From: a bacterium
Lineage (GTDB): Bacteria; Patescibacteriota; Saccharimonadia; Saccharimonadales; SZUA-47
Direction of reading: 5' to 3'
NCBI GenBank assembly: GCA_030427445.1
Contig: JAUIBQ010000001.1
Span: 25,782 to 89,781, forward strand
DNA length: 64,000 nucleotides
In this document: positions 9,793 through 16,481 of the stretch, piece by piece
Position numbering within the stretch: position 1 is the first letter of the stretch
How the letters are laid out: each line of letters opens with the position of its first letter
Program-made: the position numbers and the translations under genes
The notes under the pieces: generated by a model
What the model saw: only the letters and a program-made list of their open reading frames with translations
Databases searched by the model: none
What the model was told of the DNA's origin: nothing

Positions 9793-9870
9793 GGTTTTTC
9801 TCCTGATTAATATTGTTTATTAAACACAGTACGAAGGAGCATGGCAAGCATATGCATAATTTACAGTATA

Positions 9871-9900
9871 TTGACTATCAACATCAGAAGGGTGTACAAT
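9871..9900 (+). promoter_or_regulatory. sigma70-like promoter upstream of secE
   Basis: TTGACT, 18-nt spacer, TACAAT. Confidence 0.5.
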
Positions 9901-9962
9901 GTAGCTATTGACTCCTGAGGCAGACTCAGGATTTTTTAATTTATAAGAAAAGAGACGAAGAA

Positions 9963-10379
9963 GTGGCGAAGAAAAAAGAAGAGAGTTCAAAGAAGCCAAG
10001 CACAAAGAAAGAGGTTAAAAAGCCTGTTTCTATGCGCGAATCAGCTGCAAAATCACGTGAAAAAGCGAGCCAGCCTAAGCGCGTACGTAAAGCAGCAACA
10101 GTTGCAAGTAAACCATTGAGTAAGACAGCAGAAGTAGCTACCAAGCAACGACACGTACTACCAAAGAGTGGAACCGACAGCTTCTGGCACCGCGAGCGTT
10201 CATTTGCACCAACATGGTTCAAGAATGCGTGGAACGAACTACGACAGGTGACATGGCCATCACGTCGTGAGACATGGCGTTTAGTACTTGCCGTATTTAT
10301 CTTTTCAGCACTTCTCAGCCTCTTCATCGCTTTGCTCGATAACGCATTAGAAACAATATTTAGAAACGTATTCCTATAG
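9963..10379 (+). CDS. secE: preprotein translocase subunit SecE with long Lys-rich N-terminal extension
   Basis: The C-terminal ELRQVTWPSRRETWRLVLAVFIFSALLSLFIALLD matches the SecE signature plus its single TM helix. It sits immediately upstream of nusG. The start codon is GTG. Confidence 0.8.
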   Translation: MAKKKEESSKKPSTKKEVKKPVSMRESAAKSREKASQPKRVRKAATVASKPLSKTAEVATKQRHVLPKSGTDSFWHRERSFAPTWFKNAWNELRQVTWPSRRETWRLVLAVFIFSALLSLFIALLDNALETIFRNVFL

Positions 10380-10397
10380 GATAACCAGGAGAAATTT

Positions 10398-10943
10398 ATG
10401 TCAAAACGATACGATACAAGTAAACAATGGTACGCAATCCACACCTACAGTGGATACGAAGAAAAAGTAGCTGAGAGCATCAAACAGCGCGCAGAGTCAC
10501 TCGATATGAATGACAAAATCATGCAAGTGCTCGTACCGAAAGAAAAAATGATTGAGATCAAAAACGGTAAAAGAAAAGTGGTTGAGAAAAAGATTTTCCA
10601 AGGCTATGTACTCGTCGAGATGAAAATGACAGAAGACGCATGGTACATCGTGCGAAACACACCGAGCGTTACTGGATTTGTTGGCTCAGGAAACGATCCT
10701 ACACCTATGAGCAATGATGAAGTTGAGAAAATCATGAAACGCATGGGCAAAGAAGAGCCTAAACACAAAATCGACTTCTCTGAAGGCGAAATCGTTAACA
10801 TCATCGATGGTCCGTTTAAAGGCTTTGATGGCTCTATTAGCGAGATTGACGAAGCGAAAGGTAAACTTAAAGTTCTCGTGAACATGTTTGGCCGTGAAAC
10901 ACCTGTCGAACTCGACGGTCTACAAGTAAAGAAGACTAATTAG
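10398..10943 (+). CDS. nusG: transcription termination/antitermination factor NusG
   Basis: N-terminal WYAIHTYSGYEEKV (NGN domain). C-terminal KOW (GEIVNIIDGPFKGFDGSI). Canonical secE-nusG-rplK context. Confidence 0.93.
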   Translation: MSKRYDTSKQWYAIHTYSGYEEKVAESIKQRAESLDMNDKIMQVLVPKEKMIEIKNGKRKVVEKKIFQGYVLVEMKMTEDAWYIVRNTPSVTGFVGSGNDPTPMSNDEVEKIMKRMGKEEPKHKIDFSEGEIVNIIDGPFKGFDGSISEIDEAKGKLKVLVNMFGRETPVELDGLQVKKTN

Positions 10944-10959
10944 TTAAGTTTCAGTGCAT

Positions 10960-10989
10960 TTGATTATTTATACAACTTTATAGTATAAT
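10960..10989 (+). promoter_or_regulatory. candidate promoter for rplK
   Basis: TTGATT, 18-nt spacer, TATAAT, followed by an 8-bp hairpin TCTGTTAG...CTAACAGA in the leader. Confidence 0.45.
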
Positions 10990-11052
10990 CAATCTGTTAC
11001 GCACTCTGTTAGAGCTTCAACTTACTAACAGATAAGCAAAGGAAATATAATC

Positions 11053-11481
11053 GTGGCTAAAAAAGTTACAGCTAATTTGAAAATGAAAATCCGAGGTGGA
11101 CAAGCATCAGCGGCTCCTCCTGTAGGATCTACTCTTGGTCAGTACGGTGTAAACATGATGGATTTTATCAACCCGTTCAACGACGAGACAAAAGACATGA
11201 TGGGGCAGGACTTAACAGTTCACCTATCAATTTACGAAGACAAATCTATGTCTTGGAGAGTCGTTGGTACACCTACAGACGACCTTATCCGAAAAGCGCT
11301 TGGAATCGACAAAGGTTCTGGTCGACCTAACACAGAGAAAGTAAGCAAGAAGCTTACTGACGCTCAAGTTACTGAAATTGCAGAAGCAAAAGCAGCAGAC
11401 ATGAACACAAACCGGATTGATTCAGTTAAGAAAATGGTCGCTGGTACTGCTCGAAGTATGGGCGTCGAAGTCGAAGGCTAA
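11053..11481 (+). CDS. rplK: 50S ribosomal protein L11
   Basis: GGQASAAPPVGSTLGQYGVNMMDF is the L11 N-terminal signature. 142 aa, GTG start. Confidence 0.95.
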   Translation: MAKKVTANLKMKIRGGQASAAPPVGSTLGQYGVNMMDFINPFNDETKDMMGQDLTVHLSIYEDKSMSWRVVGTPTDDLIRKALGIDKGSGRPNTEKVSKKLTDAQVTEIAEAKAADMNTNRIDSVKKMVAGTARSMGVEVEG

Positions 11482-11489
11482 TAAAGGCT

Positions 11490-11717
11490 ATGGTGCCTTT
11501 TCATCACTCACCTCCAGAACAGTACGCTATTGCATTCGACACTCAACAAAGCATCGATGAATTAAAAGCATTGATTAGAAAATACAGGGCAGTAGTGAAA
11601 TTTCTCTTTACGACTGAAAAAACAAACCCTTATGACCAAGATCTTGAATCACCGTACTTCGAAGATAGAGTAGAAATACTCAGAGGCATGGTTGAGCAAG
11701 AAGGACCTAAAGGATGA
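11490..11717 (+). CDS. hypothetical protein (75 aa), inserted between rplK and rplA
   Basis: Starts 9 nt after the rplK stop. Its stop overlaps the next start (ATGA). Confidence 0.5.
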   Translation: MVPFHHSPPEQYAIAFDTQQSIDELKALIRKYRAVVKFLFTTEKTNPYDQDLESPYFEDRVEILRGMVEQEGPKG

Positions 11718-11983
11718 GTGAAAACGCACCAAAAGAAGAAAACCAGAAGCCAACCATTGAAGTTTTTACTGATGACGAGCTAAAACAGCTTAAGGATGCT
11801 AACAAGCGACACAAAGCTGAAGAACTACAAAAATTGTTAAAACGCATTAAAGCACTGGATGCGATGGATGCTGCATATGATGAAAAGGCAGCTGCTCTAC
11901 GCGTAAACATGCGCAAACAACTTGGCAAATACGGCATAATAAGTGTTAGTAAGACAAAAATCTCTGACGATGACGATGAGTAG
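11714..11983 (+). CDS. hypothetical charged/coiled-coil-like protein (89 aa)
   Basis: Start/stop overlap with 11490..11717. Lys/Glu-rich helical sequence. Confidence 0.5.
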   Translation: MSENAPKEENQKPTIEVFTDDELKQLKDANKRHKAEELQKLLKRIKALDAMDAAYDEKAAALRVNMRKQLGKYGIISVSKTKISDDDDE

Positions 11984-12019
11984 TTTGACACCGATTAAAT
12001 CGTGTGTTTAATTTAAGTT

Positions 12020-12235
12020 ATGAATGACTCACGTAAAAAAATATTCATGAGCGACGGAGATCCTACTGGCGGCCCTGAAGCTTTTGATTTAGATATATCA
12101 AATGAGCACGACAGACTTCAGTGGCAGCGCGAAACTGGAGAAATGCCTATCATCGATGTTACTTCCGAAAAACCGATGGGTACCCATAATATGCCTGAAG
12201 TCGAAGTCGAACATCTAGAGAGTAGAGGGTATTAG
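12020..12235 (+). CDS. hypothetical acidic protein (71 aa)
   Basis: ORF in the same strand series. No motif. Confidence 0.45.
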   Translation: MNDSRKKIFMSDGDPTGGPEAFDLDISNEHDRLQWQRETGEMPIIDVTSEKPMGTHNMPEVEVEHLESRGY

Positions 12236-12239
12236 AAAC

Positions 12240-12587
12240 ATGTCACGAATCCAAGAGTTAGACATAGACCTACCATTCATAGATAGAATCTACCCTTACG
12301 CACAAGAATTTAATGGAGATACGGCAGCAATCGCTGCGCATTTTTATGATGAAGAAATCATAATAGGAGCCTTAGAACTAGCTACACAGGGTGAGCTACC
12401 AATGACACAATCAGAAAGAGTTCGCACAAGGATAAAATATATAGCAGGCAATATAATGCATGTTTTAACGAAGCCACTAGAAGGATCTGTTCTCACCACT
12501 GGTAAGCCAGAACTAACTCATGAACGAGCAAGGACCGTGGCAAATAAATATTGCACTGAAAGAATAGTGAATACTACTGTTTTGTAG
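12240..12587 (+). CDS. hypothetical protein (115 aa)
   Basis: Starts 4 nt after the previous stop. No motif. Confidence 0.5.
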   Translation: MSRIQELDIDLPFIDRIYPYAQEFNGDTAAIAAHFYDEEIIIGALELATQGELPMTQSERVRTRIKYIAGNIMHVLTKPLEGSVLTTGKPELTHERARTVANKYCTERIVNTTVL

Positions 12588-12657
12588 TATAATAACACTT
12601 ACAAATTAACCACGTGGGAGAGCTAGAAACTCGTTACCACCACAAAGGAGTACAACT

Positions 12658-13636
12658 ATGGCTAAGAAAGCCGATTTATTAGAGCAAGCAAACAAGCTTG
12701 GACTCGAAGTAACAGAAAAAAACACTATTGCAGAAATCGAAGCTGCAATCGCTGAGAGCGAAAACGCTACTGACGCAACTGAATCCAAGACTGATGACAA
12801 ACCTCTAGCAAAATCAGGCAAGCGAAGCGCTAAAGGTATCGCTGAAGCTGAAGCTAAGCAAGAAAAAATCGAAAAACAACACACTCGTGAAGAAGATGAA
12901 GCAGCGGAAGCTAACTCTAAGCCACGTTACGAGCAGAAAACTCGTTCGAAACTAGAGCGAGCTGGTAAGAAATACCGTGCAGCTGCAGAAAAAGTTGAAA
13001 AGGGCAAAGAGTACGGAGCTAAAGAAGCGCTTGACCTTGCTACACAGACATCTACAACCAAGTTTGACGCAACTGTTGAAGTACACGTGCGTCTTAACGT
13101 AGATCCTAAGCAAGCAGACCAGAATATCCGCGAAACTATCGTCCTACCAGAAGGAACAGGTAAGGAAGTCCGTGTCGCTGTATTTGCTGAAGCAGACGAT
13201 GTAAAAGCAGCAAAAGCTGCTGGTGCTGACGTAGCTGGCGCAGATGAATTCTTACAGCAACTTGATAAAGAAATTATCGACTTTGACGTACTGATCGCAA
13301 CTCCTGCAGTTATGCCAAAACTTGGTAAATACGCACGTACACTTGGTCCAAAAGGACTTATGCCGAACCCTAAGAGCGGCACAGTAACGACCGATGTAGC
13401 AGCAGCTATCAAGCAAGCTAAGGCCGGTAAAGTAGAGTTTCGTGTCGACGAAAAAGGTATCGTACACCTTGGAGTCGGTAAAGTAAGCTTCGGTACAGAC
13501 CGACTCTTCAAAAACCTACAAGCTGTGTTCACTACACTGCAAAATGCCAGGATCGATCAAAGGAAACTACGTAAAATCAATTTACGTAACTTCAAGCATG
13601 GGTCCAAGCATCAAGGTCCTCACAAGCGAACTGTAA
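12658..13636 (+). CDS. rplA: 50S ribosomal protein L1, with ~95-aa N-terminal extension; reading frame broken at the A-run 13541-13544
   Basis: The L1 core (TKFDATVEVHVRLNVDPKQADQNIR...LMPNPKSGTVT...GKVEFRVDEKGIVH) is in frame 1 up to ...AVFTTLQN. The conserved L1 C-terminus PGSIKGNYVKSIYVTSSMGPSIKVLTSEL-stop is in the +1 frame and ends at 13636. Confidence 0.85.
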
Positions 13637-13656
13637 AAAGTACAGCAAGAAACAGC

Positions 13657-13687
13657 AAACTCCCGTCGCGTAACGATGGGAGTTTTT
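13657..13687 (+). terminator. intrinsic terminator after rplA
   Basis: AAACTCCC...GGGAGTTT stem with inner GTCG/CGAT pairs, then a T-run. It lies inside the false 566-aa ORF. Confidence 0.75.
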
Positions 13688-13704
13688 GCTATGATACATT
13701 CAAT

Positions 13705-14358
13705 ATGATCAAAACTAGCCCGGAGCAATATGTACAGCTGCCGGATAATCCAGTCGAACAAGAACACGCTACTCTCTGGTTACGGCCTAACCAGCCTACC
13801 GAACATCCGAGAGAACTACACCTACCTATCTTCGCAGTGATAGAGGACGACGTTGTTCTGTTGCAAGCTCGTAGGGGAGCAATCCCGACTGTTCCTACTG
13901 TTGTTTTATGTTCCTCCGACCACCCAGACCCACAGCCAACTAACGGATGGAGCATCATCGAGAATGGCAAGTACGTCACATCAACGCACCTAGTTAACCG
14001 GTTTGTGGGTGAACATCTCATGCCGGATACAGACCGTACAGAAGTAGATACAGGTTTTATAGGATGTTACAAAGCTAAATCAATAGACCTACCAGAAAGA
14101 GCTCGATTCGTGGGGCCCGCAGCTTTATCCACCGCAAAAACTATGGTGAATGTTAAGCAGATACCATTTACAGCAGAGCTAGACGGTAATCAGACATTAT
14201 CAGAAACATACGATGGCCAGTTTATTAGACGAATGAATGTAAACTCCGTGCTGGACCAGATAGAACATATAGCACGAACAAGCAACCTCCCTGAAGGCTT
14301 AGGAGAGATGGAGCAGTTACTGCGAAAAATTAATAAATTTAGAGATTGCAGAGTATAA
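13705..14358 (+). CDS. hypothetical protein (217 aa)
   Basis: First ATG after the rplA terminator, in the frame of the 566-aa ORF (MIKTSPEQYV...). No Nudix box or other motif. Confidence 0.6.
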   Translation: MIKTSPEQYVQLPDNPVEQEHATLWLRPNQPTEHPRELHLPIFAVIEDDVVLLQARRGAIPTVPTVVLCSSDHPDPQPTNGWSIIENGKYVTSTHLVNRFVGEHLMPDTDRTEVDTGFIGCYKAKSIDLPERARFVGPAALSTAKTMVNVKQIPFTAELDGNQTLSETYDGQFIRRMNVNSVLDQIEHIARTSNLPEGLGEMEQLLRKINKFRDCRV

Positions 14359-14385
14359 GCAACTTTTATATTAAAAGAAAGAATT

Positions 14386-14826
14386 ATGGCAGAAAAACCG
14401 ACATTAAAAACTTCCACAATATGGGTCAATCACATGACTGACGATGGTGAGCTACGTACTTTAATGCATCTTCATGAAAATGAAGGTATATGGTTACCTC
14501 CTGGAGGAAAAGTAGAACCTCTAGAAACACAATACGATGCTGCGCTACGTGAGCTTGAAGAAGAGACAGGTCTTACAACAGACATGATAGCGTTTATCAG
14601 CGGAGTAATCGACACAGGTGACAAAGTGAGACCATTTTGGGAATCGCCACTGCCACACCTTCAGGCAGTTGATTACGGCTTTTTAGCTGTACTTGCATCT
14701 GATGTTATCGAGATTCCTGGTTTTAGGTGGTTGTCAGCGAGCGAATTTGAACATGCAAAGACTAACCAAAATGTACGCGACATAACTCGCCACAGCTTTG
14801 AATTAGTTCAAGCACATGTGGCGTAG
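14386..14826 (+). CDS. Nudix hydrolase
   Basis: GGKVEPLETQYDAALRELEEETGL fits the Nudix box GX5EX7REUXEEXGU. Confidence 0.85.
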   Translation: MAEKPTLKTSTIWVNHMTDDGELRTLMHLHENEGIWLPPGGKVEPLETQYDAALRELEEETGLTTDMIAFISGVIDTGDKVRPFWESPLPHLQAVDYGFLAVLASDVIEIPGFRWLSASEFEHAKTNQNVRDITRHSFELVQAHVA

Positions 14827-14920
14827 ACAAAACTACTTCGTTTTCTTTAGCGCTTATGCTTGGCAAATACCCACTAGATTAACTACACTTGTTAACATAT
14901 AAAGGTTTAGAGGGATTTAC

Positions 14921-15676
14921 GTGGACGAAAGTACTTCAAATATACTGCCTAATTTTGCGATTGGTGGTGTGTATAGCAACAAACAAATCAAAGAAGCTAT
15001 CAAAACAGGGCATATTGTTTGTACTCCGTATGAAGAAAAACATGTTGCTCACGCAAGTTTGGATGTCACGCTCGGCTACTACTATTACCGCACGGGGCAA
15101 GCTCAGCGTGGATACATCTACAACCCCTTTGATCAGCGTGATGTTGCTCGCTATTTCGGAGAAACACAGCAAGCGGTGATACACCAAGATTGGTGCGACC
15201 AAAATGGCGTGAAACTCTTCGACAACATCCCAGCAGACCACCCTGTTATTCCACTGCGCCCAGGTGAGCGGATCTTGGCACACACGCATGAATTTTTTGG
15301 CATTAAACCACCTGGGGCTTATATGGTAAAAGCTCGCTCAAGCTGGGGCAGAAATGGTGTTTCTGTTTGTTTCGACGCTGGATGGGTAGATCCTGGCTAT
15401 ATCAACAGGCTTACATTAGAAATCTACAACTTAAACGAGCACGAAACAGTGTTGCTACCAGTTGGTGAACGTATTGCACAGGCTGTATTCTTGCACACTG
15501 GCCCAGTAGAGGGTAGCTACGGCCAAGGCCGCGATGGAGGATTTAGTGGCAAGTACCAACAAGGCGATGACTTAGACGAAATCATCCGCTCGTGGACACC
15601 TGATCAAATGCTTCCACGAGCATACAAAGATGGGCGAAAACTCCCTGGTGATATCGAAGGATTGAAAGCACGATGA
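14921..15676 (+). CDS. dcd: dCTP deaminase family protein (possibly bifunctional dCTP deaminase/dUTPase)
   Basis: ASLDVTLG and SSWGRNGVSVCFDAGWVDPGYINRLTLEIYN blocks are typical of the Dcd/dUTPase fold. GTG start. Confidence 0.85.
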   Translation: MDESTSNILPNFAIGGVYSNKQIKEAIKTGHIVCTPYEEKHVAHASLDVTLGYYYYRTGQAQRGYIYNPFDQRDVARYFGETQQAVIHQDWCDQNGVKLFDNIPADHPVIPLRPGERILAHTHEFFGIKPPGAYMVKARSSWGRNGVSVCFDAGWVDPGYINRLTLEIYNLNEHETVLLPVGERIAQAVFLHTGPVEGSYGQGRDGGFSGKYQQGDDLDEIIRSWTPDQMLPRAYKDGRKLPGDIEGLKAR

Positions 15677-15689
15677 GCAATAGAAAAAC

Positions 15690-16481
15690 ATGGCGTACAC
15701 TCTAAGACCTCCAGAACTATCACAGCTAGAAGTAGAACCTGAGTTTCAAGCTCATGGACAAATTTGGACTATAGATAGTTATCGTGAGCCATTCAGCAAG
15801 ACAGCACATGCTCAAAATCTTAGGGATATGGAGCCACGGTTCACAAATAATTACGCTTTTGGTGACTTGGATAAATTTCGTGAATTAATGGGAATGGACG
15901 TCGACCCATATGAACATGGACCTTATCAAACACGAACAGTGACGGTACCACTCCTAAACAGACAACGAAATACTGACTCTTTTGGGGTTACTAAGCTAAC
16001 GCGTAGTCTCATACTACCTTATAGCATCACACATGACGATCATGAAGGCACGCACGCCAAAATAGAACACAGAAAGAAAGACGTGGCATATACAGACCAA
16101 ACTCTAGAAAATAAGCAAAGAGAGTGGATTACTTGGGAGGAAGTGACTATAGAAACTCATGGCGATATTTCAACGACAGCTCACCGAAAAAATTGTCGCA
16201 AATTTGCAGGCCCTCAAGCAAGCATGTCTGAAAGAAAGTTATTATGGGATTCAATCGAGAGAATAGGGTATTTTCTTACAGCAATGAGAGGATGGCAGGT
16301 ATACCAACACGAGCCGGGATTATTAAAGGCTGAGAGAGACACGATCAAGAAGCTTGCTATTGATGTTTTTGGAAGACATATTGATTTTATAGAAGAGACG
16401 AGAGACAAAATAGTATTCTCAGATGACGTGCTAAATGGATTGGCCAAGAATGTTAAAGAGTTAAGGAGTGCAACAAGATGA
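15690..16481 (+). CDS. hypothetical protein (263 aa), translationally coupled to tmk-thyX
   Basis: Its stop overlaps the tmk-thyX start (ATGA at 16478). No motif. Confidence 0.6.
   Translation: MAYTLRPPELSQLEVEPEFQAHGQIWTIDSYREPFSKTAHAQNLRDMEPRFTNNYAFGDLDKFRELMGMDVDPYEHGPYQTRTVTVPLLNRQRNTDSFGVTKLTRSLILPYSITHDDHEGTHAKIEHRKKDVAYTDQTLENKQREWITWEEVTIETHGDISTTAHRKNCRKFAGPQASMSERKLLWDSIERIGYFLTAMRGWQVYQHEPGLLKAERDTIKKLAIDVFGRHIDFIEETRDKIVFSDDVLNGLAKNVKELRSATR

Noticed and set aside
12658-14358. 566-aa ORF that would be a giant L1 fusion protein
   Set aside because: After ...TTLQN the sequence stops resembling L1. The genuine L1 C-terminus and its stop codon are in the +1 frame. A strong terminator lies inside the ORF at 13657-13687. 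I split it into rplA (frameshifted) and a separate ORF from 13705.
15201-15214. Isolated Rep-A half-site AAAATGGCGTGAAA inside dcd
   Set aside because: Only one half-site is present. It encodes QNGVK within a well-conserved enzyme and has no partner site about 33 bp away. It is most likely coincidental or a coding constraint.
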